From positions 41,944 to 105,943 of the forward strand of contig JANRIL010000044.1 in NCBI GenBank assembly GCA_033764955.1: a stretch of DNA of 64,000 nt, read 5' to 3'. The first letter of the stretch is position 1. Each line of letters opens with the position of its first letter. Both the position numbers and the translations under genes were made by a program. The DNA comes from Cyanobacteriota bacterium. GTDB taxonomy: Bacteria > Cyanobacteriota > Cyanobacteriia > Thermostichales > Thermostichaceae. Positions 10,621 to 20,532 of this stretch are shown here, one piece after another. The notes under the pieces were generated by a model. That model ran no database searches, had not been told where the DNA came from, and saw only the letters and a list, made by a program, of their open reading frames with translations.

Positions 10621-12576
10621 TTATTTATCCCGTTCAATACCGCCGCGCACCTCTGTCTCCCCCTCTGGCCCCTCCCAATTAAAGTTGTCAATCCGCAGTT
10701 CGACAGCTCCGGTTTGCCGAACCGGATTAAACTGTACCGACAGGCCGTAGGTGCGGCGGTCATAGCCTAGGGTATAGGTGGTATCTACCCGTTGTCCCGA
10801 TTGCAAATCCACAGTAGTTTGTGCCCCAACTCGGATCGGTCCATAAATTTGCTGGAGAAAGCCAAGAATGAGTTGTTCACGGGTGGTAATCCGGTCAAAC
10901 AAAAAGGGAGATGCCCCCGCCAAAAAACCGTTGGAATAGGTAACGTTAATATTGGTGAAATCAAACGCATCCGCTTGAAAATCTCCCAAAATAGCGTTGA
11001 AGCCAATCGTGCCTGACACATAGCTTTGGGCTTTGCCATCGGAGTAAAACGACTGACTGCTACTCACCCCCGTATTCAGCCACAATCCCTGCTCAATCGG
11101 CGTCGGACTAAACCGCAGCGTCATGGGGGATCCAACCGCTAGGGATCCCTCTGTTTCGGCTTCCGGCGACCAAAGGGCAAAGGAACGGCTGAGGGCTGTG
11201 CCCAGTTGCAGGCGGGAGAGTTGTAGGCGTTCGGTGGTGGTTTTCGCCAAAGTCGGATCGGCGTCAATTTCGGCTTGACCGAGGGCATCAATTTGATCGG
11301 CAGAAATTTGATAGCTGAGATCGATCCCCGTTTCTCCCATCGGAATGACGGGGGAACTGTAGGTGACCCCCAACCGATTTTGCACGATCTGAAACCCCAG
11401 CAACCCGCTAAAAAAGCGTTGACGATGGGCGTAGGTATAGGTGACTTGGCCGCCATCCCCCGTCGGAATTCGTTGTTCGATCTGTATCCGAAGGCGATCC
11501 GCCAATTCTTCAAAGACGAGGCCGCGCAGTTCGGCCAAAACATGGGTAGCTTGGCCGTCGGGATAGGCAACCCGCAGCCTGGTTTGCACCCCCACCCCAT
11601 CCAGCAACCCTTGATTACTGCCCAATAACCGTTGCGGATACAGTTGGGGGGAGAGAACGAAGCTAAAACGGGGATCCCTAGATAGCTCAAAGTTGGGCTG
11701 AATCGTCAAGCCTCGCCGCTGATCTTCGCGGTCGAAGTCATCATAAAAAATCGAGATGGGTGTTTGCCGCTGAAATTGATCGAGGCGAAAGCGAAGGGGG
11801 ACGGGCAGAAAAAAAGCCTGGTCAAAAGCCAGTTGACCCGCCTCAGCGTTGATAATGCTGCTGCCATCCGCTTGTCGTTGGGAGGTGACTAGAGGACTGC
11901 GGATTTCGAGTTCCGGCGGATCGAGGGGATCGTTGGTAATGCGAACATTTTCTCCCTGCCAGTTTTGGGCATCAAACCGAATCCGCTCCGCTCGAAAGCG
12001 AACGATACGCGCTCCAGGGCTGGGGGAAGGGCTGGGCAAGGGATCCCCGATCCGATCATTGGTCAGTCCTGCGTTGCGGGTATCGCTGGGCAGGCTGGCG
12101 ATATCAATCTCCCCGGAGGCTTGGTCGAGGGATCCCGTTTCTTGTGTGAAATCGTAGGTGAGGCGTTCTCCCCTAATCACTTGTTGTCCCAATTCCACCT
12201 GCACATTGCCCTCGGCGGTGACGGTGCGTTGCTTGAGATCAATCCGCATCCGCTCGGCTCGCAACCGCGAACGCCCCAGTTTCATCTCGACATTGCCAAT
12301 CGCCTCAAACACCTCCTCCACCGGATTGAAGGTTTGCTGATCGGAGCGCAGTTGCAGAGCTTGGGCACTCAGGTGTAGCGCGGGGGCGGCGGGATCCGAG
12401 GGGGGTAGGGGGGTAGGAAGGGGCTGAAGCTGCTGAGCTTGGGGGAGGGGCTGACGCAGTTGCTGGGCTGCTGAGGGGGGCTGCTGAGCCATCAGGGATC
12501 CCTCTGGCCGGATAGGCAGGGTAGCCACAGCCAAGGGATCGGTGAATAAAGGCAGCAGGAGAGAAAAAAAAGGCAT
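10621..12576 (-). CDS. LptD/OstA-like outer-membrane protein (DUF3769-type)
   Basis: OstA-like N-domain (AIGNVEM...AEGNVQV), C-terminal beta-barrel with SPFLFDR and YDRRTYG. Confidence 0.75.
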   Translation of the reverse strand: MPFFSLLLPLFTDPLAVATLPIRPEGSLMAQQPPSAAQQLRQPLPQAQQLQPLPTPLPPSDPAAPALHLSAQALQLRSDQQTFNPVEEVFEAIGNVEMKLGRSRLRAERMRIDLKQRTVTAEGNVQVELGQQVIRGERLTYDFTQETGSLDQASGEIDIASLPSDTRNAGLTNDRIGDPLPSPSPSPGARIVRFRAERIRFDAQNWQGENVRITNDPLDPPELEIRSPLVTSQRQADGSSIINAEAGQLAFDQAFFLPVPLRFRLDQFQRQTPISIFYDDFDREDQRRGLTIQPNFELSRDPRFSFVLSPQLYPQRLLGSNQGLLDGVGVQTRLRVAYPDGQATHVLAELRGLVFEELADRLRIQIEQRIPTGDGGQVTYTYAHRQRFFSGLLGFQIVQNRLGVTYSSPVIPMGETGIDLSYQISADQIDALGQAEIDADPTLAKTTTERLQLSRLQLGTALSRSFALWSPEAETEGSLAVGSPMTLRFSPTPIEQGLWLNTGVSSSQSFYSDGKAQSYVSGTIGFNAILGDFQADAFDFTNINVTYSNGFLAGASPFLFDRITTREQLILGFLQQIYGPIRVGAQTTVDLQSGQRVDTTYTLGYDRRTYGLSVQFNPVRQTGAVELRIDNFNWEGPEGETEVRGGIERDK

Positions 12577-12658
12577 GACCCATCAAAAAGCGGGCGGAGG
12601 GAATAGAAACAACGCTCTAACGTTAGGGTAGCGGCAAGGCTGACTACTGGCTTGCTGA

Positions 12659-13519
12659 TCAACTGGGTAGGTTTGGCAAGGGTGAAGAAGGCAGCAATAC
12701 CCGATTGAGTTTGCCAGAGCGGTAGCCCTCTAGATCGAGACTGACATAGAGAAATCCTGCTGACCGAAAGGTCTCCACCAAGCTGGGAAGATCGGTGGTT
12801 TGCATAAAGGTCAACAGATGCTCTACAGGTAGCTCAATGCGGGCGGTATCCTGCTCCGAGCGCACCCGTACCTGTCGCCACCCCAACCCGCGCAGATAGC
12901 GCTCGGCGGCGGCTACCCGTGCTAACTTGGCGGCGGTGATGGCCTCTCCGTAGGGAAAGCGAGAACTTAGGCAGGGTTGAGCGGGTTTATCCCACCAGGG
13001 CAAGCCGAGATGGTGAGATAGCTGCCGCACCTCCAGTTTACTGATACCCCATTCGGCGAGGGGTGAATAAACCCCTCGTTCCCGCGCCGCCTGCACCCCT
13101 GGCCGATAATCCTGCAAATCGTCGGCATTCAAACCATCCAAGACAACCGCGTAGCCGCGCTCCCTAGCCCACTGGCGCAGGGTATCATGCAGTTCTCGTT
13201 TACAGAAGTAGCAGCGATTCACAGGGTTGGCGGCGTAATCGGGATCCCCCAATTCGTCGGTTTCGACAATCTCGTGCCGCAGTCCCAGATAGTCGGCTTG
13301 GGCGATGGCCTCATCCAGGTCTTCCGGCATCAGCGATACGGAGTTAGCGGTGACAGCCACCGCTTGGGATCCCCAGACATCGTGAGCCAACTTCGCCACC
13401 AGCGTGCTGTCAATGCCACCGGAATAGGCCACCACCACCGGGGACATCCCCCCAATGGACTGATGCACTCCGGCTAGCTTGGCGGCTAAGGCTGGACTCC
13501 AATCAATGAACGGACTCAT
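12659..13519 (-). CDS. larE: ATP-dependent sulfur transferase, LarE family
   Basis: PP-loop AYSGGIDS, NRCYFCK, DYRPG, PCLSSRFPYG, GYRSG. Confidence 0.92.
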   Translation of the reverse strand: MSPFIDWSPALAAKLAGVHQSIGGMSPVVVAYSGGIDSTLVAKLAHDVWGSQAVAVTANSVSLMPEDLDEAIAQADYLGLRHEIVETDELGDPDYAANPVNRCYFCKRELHDTLRQWARERGYAVVLDGLNADDLQDYRPGVQAARERGVYSPLAEWGISKLEVRQLSHHLGLPWWDKPAQPCLSSRFPYGEAITAAKLARVAAAERYLRGLGWRQVRVRSEQDTARIELPVEHLLTFMQTTDLPSLVETFRSAGFLYVSLDLEGYRSGKLNRVLLPSSPLPNLPS

Positions 13520-13708
13520 GATCTCGTGATCACCCTAAACTGTTTTTGATTCATGCTTAGTATCCCCCCATTTCCCCAGTTCCTCCAATGCCCATTAGGG
13601 AAGATTCCGCGACGGTCTAGCTCGACAACGGCCAAAAAGCAGCCGAAGCCGAAGCAAACAAATGGCTGGATGAATGGTGTATGGGTTGTGAATGGATAGT
13701 CATTCTGT

Positions 13709-14590
13709 ATGTTTCATTTAGCTTTATGGTTAACCTCCATGTTTAACTTGATGTTGAAAAGATTGCTGAAGTTCTGCTTGTGGCGGGTTGGACTTTATTT
13801 CATTTTGGGTTTGATCAGTTTGGTGATGATAGGACCACTTTTATGGTTGTTGAGTACGTCACTGAAATCATCTGGCGAAAATATTTTTGCCTATCCACCA
13901 CAATGGTTACCGCAGTTCCCCACCTTGGCTAACTTTCGCCAAGTATGGCAGAACTACCCATTCTTCCGCTATTTGCTGAATAGTTTAGGAGTGGCTGTCA
14001 TCACCGTGATAGTGAATTTATGGTTATCGGCACTGGCGGCCTATCCGTTAGCTCGCTTTCAGTTTGTCGGCAAGTCGGTTTTTTTCTGGTTAATGGTGGG
14101 ATCCCTGATGATCCCTTTTCAAATTACAATGATTCCACTTTACATATTGGCGGTTCAACTGAACCTCCGCAACTCCTACTTGGGTCTAATTTTTCCCTAT
14201 GCCGTCTCTGGTTTTGGCATCTTTTTGCTGCGACAAGCTTTTCTCTCCATCCCGCGTGAGTTAGAAGAGGCTGCCCGTATGGATGGGGGATCCCCTTGGC
14301 AAATTTGGCAGCACATTATGTTGCCAGGGATCCAACCGGATCTGATCACGTTGGCCATCTTTACGTTTGTGGGAATGTGGGGAGACTTTCTCTGGCCTTT
14401 GTTAATGCTTGATGAGCCACAAATGTTTACATTGCCTTTAGGAGTAGCCTCTTTAGCCAGTGCGTTTGCCTCCGATTGGCGACTGATTGCCGCCGGATCC
14501 ATCCTGGCTATTCTGCCTGTTACCGTTATTTTTATGGTGATGCAGCGATATATCATTCCCAATGAAACCAGCAGTGGATTGCAGGGATAA
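13709..14590 (+). CDS. Carbohydrate ABC transporter permease
   Basis: 6 TM; EAA loop ELEEAARMDG; WGDFLWPL; start may be a downstream ATG. Confidence 0.9.
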   Translation: MFHLALWLTSMFNLMLKRLLKFCLWRVGLYFILGLISLVMIGPLLWLLSTSLKSSGENIFAYPPQWLPQFPTLANFRQVWQNYPFFRYLLNSLGVAVITVIVNLWLSALAAYPLARFQFVGKSVFFWLMVGSLMIPFQITMIPLYILAVQLNLRNSYLGLIFPYAVSGFGIFLLRQAFLSIPRELEEAARMDGGSPWQIWQHIMLPGIQPDLITLAIFTFVGMWGDFLWPLLMLDEPQMFTLPLGVASLASAFASDWRLIAAGSILAILPVTVIFMVMQRYIIPNETSSGLQG

Positions 14591-14677
14591 TAGGGTTCAA
14601 AAAAGCTCAATCTCAATCTAAAATCAGCAAAATATAGATTGGATATGGATTCAATTGAGTTAAGGATAAATCTCAGA

Positions 14678-17047
14678 TTAAATCTCAATATTTGTCTCAG
14701 ATCGAGAAGAGGCATCTGGGATCCAGACGCGAAAGTGAGTCCATCCGGCTTGGCTGCTGACCACGATATCTCCCTTTAATTGATTGACCAACTGTTTGAC
14801 CAACGCTAATCCTAAACCCGTGCCACCGTGCTTCCAGCGATCCACTTGGCGAATCCGATAAAACTTGTTAAATAGCTTGGGTAGCTCCTCATGACTAATC
14901 TCACTGCTATTGCTAACAATCAGTTGGATACCTGATGACAGAGAAGATAACTCTAGCCGAATGAGACCTCCATCTGATGTATATTTGATGGCATTTCCAA
15001 TCAATTCTCGTCCAATTCGATTGAGATAGGATAGATCTGACCAGAAGGGTTCCGTTACATTCAGGCAAGCCAGAAGAATTTGCTGCTGTTTTTGCTCAGC
15101 TTGCAGATTTACCGACTGGATCAACTCAGATATCCACGCTTCCAAATAAATCGGTTCTGCATACAGTTCTTGCTGGCTAAATTCTTCTTTTTGCAGATCC
15201 AATAAATCATTGATTAACGTGATTTGTCGCTCACACTCGGAGATTGCCAACTGATAATAGGTTTGCTTCTTTTCAGGATCTGAAGTCATCTCTAACAAAC
15301 GCAGCGCCATCCGCATACTGGTGAGGGGAGTACGCAGTTCATGAGAAACGGTGCTGACAAAATCATCCTTCAGTTCATTGAGAGCTTCTAATTCCCTAAC
15401 TTGTGCCTGCACTGCTTGATAAAGCCGTGACTGACGAATGGCGATAGCACATTGATTGGCAACCTGCTCGACAAGGCGCACTTCCTGCCAGTTAAAATAG
15501 TCATGATTGGCACGAAATAACCACATATCTCCCAACATTTCTTGGTCATCCCGAAGTGGACAAGCCAAAATAGCGTATTGCGATTCATCCCCTCGTATGG
15601 CCGTATCGAGGTTGACCACAAAACACCACTGAATGGATTTTCCTGCCAGGAGGGTGCGATACGGTTCTACGTAAGGTTTTATTGAAATCTTTTTACCCTG
15701 TGCTGGCATCACTTTTTCTACCTGAGGTAAGCTGGGCAGATACTCACAATAAATTGTGCTCGACATTTCCTGAGGATTAAATATCCCCGTGTCACAGCAC
15801 ATTACCCCCAGTTCGGATCCCAACTCTTGCACGGCTGATTGTAATATTTGTTGTTCATCCAAACTATCCCGTACTTTGTCAGTAATCCGCCGTAGAAGTG
15901 CCTCAAAATCAAGGGATTTTTCTAACTGCTCCGTGCGATCTTGAATCTGTAACTCTAGGCTCAAATTGAGAGATTGAACTTGCTGATAAAGCTCAGATTG
16001 TTGAATGGCAATCGCTAACCGGTTGGCTAATTTTTGCAGGAGTTCTTTTTCCCAGGCTTGCCATATCCGCTGGTTTTGGCACTGATGAATCATCACAAGA
16101 CCCCATAAATAGTCACCCTGAAAGAGAGGGGTGACCAAACTAGCTGTGATTTGGAATTGGTTGAGTAGATGAGCATAGCAAGGATCCAGGGTTGCGCTTG
16201 CTCTATCCTCAATGGCATGAACGGTGGGCCGAGAAATGCTGGGATCCCTTCCCTCTGCTGGCCAGACCGAGCTTAAGCAGGCATCCGCTATCGATTGTCC
16301 GGCTATGGAGAACAGGGGATCAACAACCGATTCTTCAATGATGATCAGATGATCCTCCGCCTGTCGCTGACCAATAACCACACGATCGGCGTGTAAAATG
16401 GTACGAATTTCCGTAACTGTTGTATGCAAAATATCCTTCAGATCGAGCGACTGGCGAATTTTTTGCATAATCGCACCCAGCATTTTTTCGGCAGCCAGTT
16501 GATCCTGTAGGCGATCTTCTGCTCGTTTGCGTTCACTAATGTCTTGAAAGGTACAAATAACATGCTGAATTTCCCCCTGCTCGGTTAGGCGCGGTTCAGC
16601 ATTGACCAATAGCCAAATCCGATCCTGATGACGAGGGCGATAAACCCCCATCACTACATGGCGAATTGGTTGCCGGGTGGCAATCGCTTGGGGAACCGGG
16701 TGATCGGGGCCAGGAAAAGGTGACCCATCTTCGTGGATGACATGCCAATCGGGATCAAAAGAGGTTTTGCCCAACAGTTGCGCTTCGGTTAGCCCCAGTA
16801 AGGTGAGCGCCTGCTGGTTACTGGCTAAAATTTCAGCTCCTGCTCCCTGCACCAAAACCCCCAACTCCAGATCATCAATCATGGCTTGAAAGCTGAGATT
16901 GATTGGGGATCCTAGGGAGGCTCCGGGGGCAACTGGCGATGACCGACTAGCCAGGGATCCCTGTCGCCATCGGCTGAACTGCACCACCAATTCCCCCAGC
17001 CATTGCTGGATTTTGAGGCTGATATCAGTCAGGGAACAGGCAGTCAT
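14678..17047 (-). CDS. PAS-GAF(cyanobacteriochrome-like)-GAF sensor histidine kinase
   Basis: PAS; GAF1 with DACL, PCY and LWGLVMIHQC; H-box SHELRTPL; NAIKY; GGTGLGL. Confidence 0.9.
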   Translation of the reverse strand: MTACSLTDISLKIQQWLGELVVQFSRWRQGSLASRSSPVAPGASLGSPINLSFQAMIDDLELGVLVQGAGAEILASNQQALTLLGLTEAQLLGKTSFDPDWHVIHEDGSPFPGPDHPVPQAIATRQPIRHVVMGVYRPRHQDRIWLLVNAEPRLTEQGEIQHVICTFQDISERKRAEDRLQDQLAAEKMLGAIMQKIRQSLDLKDILHTTVTEIRTILHADRVVIGQRQAEDHLIIIEESVVDPLFSIAGQSIADACLSSVWPAEGRDPSISRPTVHAIEDRASATLDPCYAHLLNQFQITASLVTPLFQGDYLWGLVMIHQCQNQRIWQAWEKELLQKLANRLAIAIQQSELYQQVQSLNLSLELQIQDRTEQLEKSLDFEALLRRITDKVRDSLDEQQILQSAVQELGSELGVMCCDTGIFNPQEMSSTIYCEYLPSLPQVEKVMPAQGKKISIKPYVEPYRTLLAGKSIQWCFVVNLDTAIRGDESQYAILACPLRDDQEMLGDMWLFRANHDYFNWQEVRLVEQVANQCAIAIRQSRLYQAVQAQVRELEALNELKDDFVSTVSHELRTPLTSMRMALRLLEMTSDPEKKQTYYQLAISECERQITLINDLLDLQKEEFSQQELYAEPIYLEAWISELIQSVNLQAEQKQQQILLACLNVTEPFWSDLSYLNRIGRELIGNAIKYTSDGGLIRLELSSLSSGIQLIVSNSSEISHEELPKLFNKFYRIRQVDRWKHGGTGLGLALVKQLVNQLKGDIVVSSQAGWTHFRVWIPDASSRSETNIEI

Positions 17048-17260
17048 GCCAGATGCCTAAAGTCTAAAAACTATTGCACACCAAAATGGTGAGAAGCGTG
17101 GCTAATTATTCAAAATCATCCCTTTTTTCGTGGTTGAGACGAAAATATCAAGATTATTCAGCGCATTTTCGCACGTTTTCGCACTTCAAAAATATCGGAT
17201 GGCAATGGAGTTTGCTTCCCTCTTTCTCCTTTCACAGAGCCTTTGGAAGGTTATTCTCAT

Positions 17261-17671
17261 TTACCCTGGGCGGGAAATGGCTTCCCTTAACTTACCCCAC
17301 CAGATCACCGCTATTTCAATTTGGCTAAAAGGAATACCAATTTGTTGTGGTAAAAATAACAAGACAATCTTTCGGCCTTTGGGTGGTTTGAGTAAAGGCC
17401 AGTCAAAAATCTGTTGATCCACCTGTAACTGAATCTGATTGACCGCTGTGAGATCGAGGGTTTGCATGGCTTGTGGTTGTGGGTGGGCGGGTTTACCCCA
17501 CGTCAGGGTGCTTCCTTGCCAACCCAGCACGGACTCCAGATCATACTTGCTGCGATCAAAGGCTTTCGCCCATTCCCGATAGGCTTCCACCTTGCGATAT
17601 TCTACCCAGCCCAACCCAGCTAACAGTGAAAATGTGAACAGCAGGGGTAACCACAATACACCGCGTTCCAT
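17261..17671 (-). CDS. Conserved hypothetical single-TM protein
   Basis: N-terminal TM then EYRKVEAYREWA..FDRSKYD; AAGGAAGG RBS. Confidence 0.75.
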   Translation of the reverse strand: MERGVLWLPLLFTFSLLAGLGWVEYRKVEAYREWAKAFDRSKYDLESVLGWQGSTLTWGKPAHPQPQAMQTLDLTAVNQIQLQVDQQIFDWPLLKPPKGRKIVLLFLPQQIGIPFSQIEIAVIWWGKLREAISRPG

Positions 17672-17803
17672 GACGATTGCCTTCCTTGTCTAAAAGGGAT
17701 CCCTACTCTTTTGGCGGTATCGCTTAAAACTAGTGATTCCCGAAAACCTGCACTATAGTTGCAGTGGGGATTATGACTCAACGCAGGTGTTAGGAGCTTA
17801 GCT

Positions 17804-17989
17804 GTGGACTTTCCCGAAATTCAAGCCCTCGTGGAACGGGCACTGGAAGACAAAGAACTCACCCGTGCCGAAATGGATGAAATCGTGGCCGCCATCACTG
17901 CTGATGGAGAGGTTTCGACGGAAGAAGCTCAGTTGATGGAACAAATCCGTGAAATGGTTCTGCGGCGAGAGATTCGCGTGGTGGACTAA
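17804..17989 (+). CDS. Small acidic hypothetical protein (61 aa)
   Basis: AGGAG RBS before GTG; helical acidic sequence with ADGEVSTEE loop; overlaps leuD end. Confidence 0.65.
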   Translation: MDFPEIQALVERALEDKELTRAEMDEIVAAITADGEVSTEEAQLMEQIREMVLRREIRVVD

Positions 17990-18588
17990 GGGGCAACTCC
18001 CCATCTCAGGTAAGGTAAATCTGTCGCCACCTCTCGAATGCGGGGGGCTGAGGCTAACAATTGCCCGCAAGCATCCCAACTGCCACTCAGCAACATGCCA
18101 CGGGATCCCTCATTCATTTGCAGAGGAGCCTGCTTTTCGCTCCAGCGAACCTGCATGGTTGTTAGATCAATCGTGATGGAGATCTGGGGATCTCGCGCCA
18201 CCTCCGCTTGCAGTTGCTTGACCACCTCGGAGACCGCTACCACACAAGGGATCCCCATCGCCAAGCAATTGCCGAAAAAGATCTCCGCAAAACTTTCCCC
18301 CACAATGGCGCGGATCCCCCAACGGGCAATCGCCTGAGGAGCATGTTCGCGGCTGGAACCACAACCAAAGTTGCCATTTACCAGCAAAATCTCGGCTCCT
18401 TGATAGGCCGCTTGATCAAAGGGATGGGATCCCTGAGCTTGGGCGCGATCATCCTTGAAGACCTCGGATCCCAGCCCATCAAAGGTGACACAGCGCAAAA
18501 AACGCGCCGGAATAATCCGATCCGTATCAATATCATTGCCGGGAAGAGGGATCCCGCGTCCCGTTAGGGTGGTGACTTGGCTAGCCAT
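17986..18588 (-). CDS. leuD: 3-isopropylmalate dehydratase small subunit
   Basis: DIDTDRIIPARFL, NFGCGSSREHAP, SFAEIF. Confidence 0.97.
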   Translation of the reverse strand: MASQVTTLTGRGIPLPGNDIDTDRIIPARFLRCVTFDGLGSEVFKDDRAQAQGSHPFDQAAYQGAEILLVNGNFGCGSSREHAPQAIARWGIRAIVGESFAEIFFGNCLAMGIPCVVAVSEVVKQLQAEVARDPQISITIDLTTMQVRWSEKQAPLQMNEGSRGMLLSGSWDACGQLLASAPRIREVATDLPYLRWGVAP

Positions 18589-18673
18589 GATCCAAAAATC
18601 TCAGACAACTGGTTTAGCTAGCTTAGCGCACCGAGGATCCCTGCTCTGTCTATTCGTTGTCTAGGCGGATGCT

Positions 18674-19774
18674 CTAGCTGGCTAAGGCTGGATAGTCGGT
18701 ATAGCCCTTGGCATCCCCGCCGTAGAGGGTGGTGGGATCCAGAGGATTTAACTCACTTTGCTGACGGAAACGTTCCGGCAGGTCGGGGTTGGCAATAAAC
18801 AACCGCCCAAACGCTACTAAATCCGCCTGCCCAGAGGCTAACACCTGATTTCCTCGCTGCCAGTCATAGCCTTCATTCACCATCAAGACTCCCTGAAAGC
18901 GTTGCCGGAAATAGGAGATCGGGATCATCACGCCCCCATAGCGCAAATCCGCTTCACTGGCTTCTCGCAGGTGGAGATAGGCCAGACCAAAACGGTTCAA
19001 CGCCTCGACTGCATAGCCAAAGGTGGCTTCGCTGTTGGAATCAGACATGCTGTTAAACGTACCCCCAGGGGAAAGCCGCACCCCCACTCGGTTAGCCCCC
19101 CAGACTTGGCTAACCGCTTCGGTCACCTCTAAGAGAAGACGGGCGCGATTTTCAACGGATCCCCCATAGGCATCACTGCGATGGTTCGTCCCATCCCGCA
19201 AAAACTGATCCAGCAAATAGCCATTTGCCCCATGCACCTCTACCCCATCAAATCCGGCGGTCAGGGCATTGGCGGCGGCCTGTCGATAGTCAGCAATAAT
19301 ACGGGGAATTTCTGATGTTTCCAGCGCCCGTGGGGTGACATAGGGTTTGGAGCCTGTATAAGTTAACACCTCTCCTTGGGGAGCAATTGCGGAAGGAGCT
19401 ACGGGTAACTGGCCGTTGGGCAGTAAGTCAGGATGCGAGATTCTGCCTACATGCCAGAGCTGCAAAAAGATCCGCCCCCCCTTAGCATGAACCGCATCGG
19501 TCACCAGCCGCCACCCTTCTATCTGCTCCGGTGAATGGATGCCTGGGGTGCCGGGATAGCCCACTCCTTCGGGAGAAATTTGGGTGGCTTCGCTGATCAA
19601 CAAGCCTGCCGAAGCCCGTTGAGCATAATGCAGGGCATTGAGGGCAGTGGGGGCATTGCCCGCGCCCGCTCGATTGCGGGTGAGGGGAGCCATCACCATC
19701 CGATTGGCTAGTTGGTAAGGTCCCACCTGTAGGGGGGAAAATAAATCTACGGTTTGAGGTTCTAAGGTTAGCAT
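18674..19774 (-). CDS. nemA: Alkene reductase (Old Yellow Enzyme, NemA/XenB type)
   Basis: MAPLTRNRA, QLWHVGR, HGANGYL, GVRLSP, ANPDLPER, GYTDYP. Confidence 0.9.
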   Translation of the reverse strand: MLTLEPQTVDLFSPLQVGPYQLANRMVMAPLTRNRAGAGNAPTALNALHYAQRASAGLLISEATQISPEGVGYPGTPGIHSPEQIEGWRLVTDAVHAKGGRIFLQLWHVGRISHPDLLPNGQLPVAPSAIAPQGEVLTYTGSKPYVTPRALETSEIPRIIADYRQAAANALTAGFDGVEVHGANGYLLDQFLRDGTNHRSDAYGGSVENRARLLLEVTEAVSQVWGANRVGVRLSPGGTFNSMSDSNSEATFGYAVEALNRFGLAYLHLREASEADLRYGGVMIPISYFRQRFQGVLMVNEGYDWQRGNQVLASGQADLVAFGRLFIANPDLPERFRQQSELNPLDPTTLYGGDAKGYTDYPALAS

Positions 19775-19802
19775 CGCTTTACTTCCTACGAGTTGGGGTA
19801 GT

Positions 19803-19818
19803 TGATTAGACTGGTCTA
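19803..19818. promoter_or_regulatory. Degenerate second NemR-type operator upstream of nemA
   Basis: TGATTAGACTGGTCTA shares GACTGGTCTA with the 20497 operator and contains the TAGAC-TG-GTCTA palindrome. Confidence 0.5.
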
Positions 19819-19877
19819 TTCCTATACAGTCAATAACAGGTTGACCGGCTACCTTTTGGCTTGCTATCGCTTAGCCC

Positions 19878-20486
19878 TTAGGGATCCCTTTTCCCTGATC
19901 CTGGTTTTATCAACACATGATCAAATAAAATTGAGATAAAGGCATCAATGGGTTCTAAGCTTTTACTCACCTTCATTTGTAACAACGCTCCCTCCCATCC
20001 ACTCATGCAAAACTCTGCCAAAAGACTGACATTCAAGTTGCTTGGAATTTCTTCCTGCTGCTGAGCCTGAGCCAAACATTGAGCAAATTGTTGTCGCCAT
20101 TGGGCAAATACTTCAGCCAATTTGCAGCGAAAACTCTCCAGTTGATCCCCTAATTCTTGCCCCAGGTTTCCCAACAGGCAACCCTCCCGGCACTGCAAGG
20201 AAGCAAAAGCCTCCCGCTTGTCGGTAAAGTAGCGACGCAACCGCGTCAGCGGCGAATAGGTTATGTCCAACAGATAGGCATCCAAAACCCGTTGATGGGC
20301 GGCGGCCTCCTGCTCAATCATCTGCAAGCCAAAGTCTTCTTTGCTGGTGAAGTAGTGGTAGAAGGATCCCTTGGGTACTCCGGTGGCCTGCAAGATCTCC
20401 TGGATGCCAGTGTGATGAAACCCCTTCTCGCGGATGATCTGGGTGCCTGCCTGCAAAAGTAACGCACGGGTATCAAGCTTGTTCAT
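19878..20486 (-). CDS. nemR: TetR-family regulator, NemR type
   Basis: GVPKGSFYHYFTSKE HTH; GCLLGNLGQE with the redox Cys; upstream of nemA; start set at ATG 20486. Confidence 0.85.
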   Translation of the reverse strand: MNKLDTRALLLQAGTQIIREKGFHHTGIQEILQATGVPKGSFYHYFTSKEDFGLQMIEQEAAAHQRVLDAYLLDITYSPLTRLRRYFTDKREAFASLQCREGCLLGNLGQELGDQLESFRCKLAEVFAQWRQQFAQCLAQAQQQEEIPSNLNVSLLAEFCMSGWEGALLQMKVSKSLEPIDAFISILFDHVLIKPGSGKRDP

Positions 20487-20492
20487 GACTAA

Positions 20493-20522
20493 AGAGTAGA
20501 CCAGTCGGTCTAGGGCTGTCAA
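20493..20522 (-). promoter_or_regulatory. sigma70 promoter with NemR operator in the spacer
   Basis: TTGACA-18nt-TACTCT; operator TAGACC-N4-GGTCTA at 20497-20512. Confidence 0.8.
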
Positions 20523-20532
20523 GAGGGTGGGT

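Noticed and set aside
17748..17764. Near-palindrome CTGCACTATAGTTGCAG in a divergent intergenic region
   Set aside because: Single bulged copy with no assignable regulator
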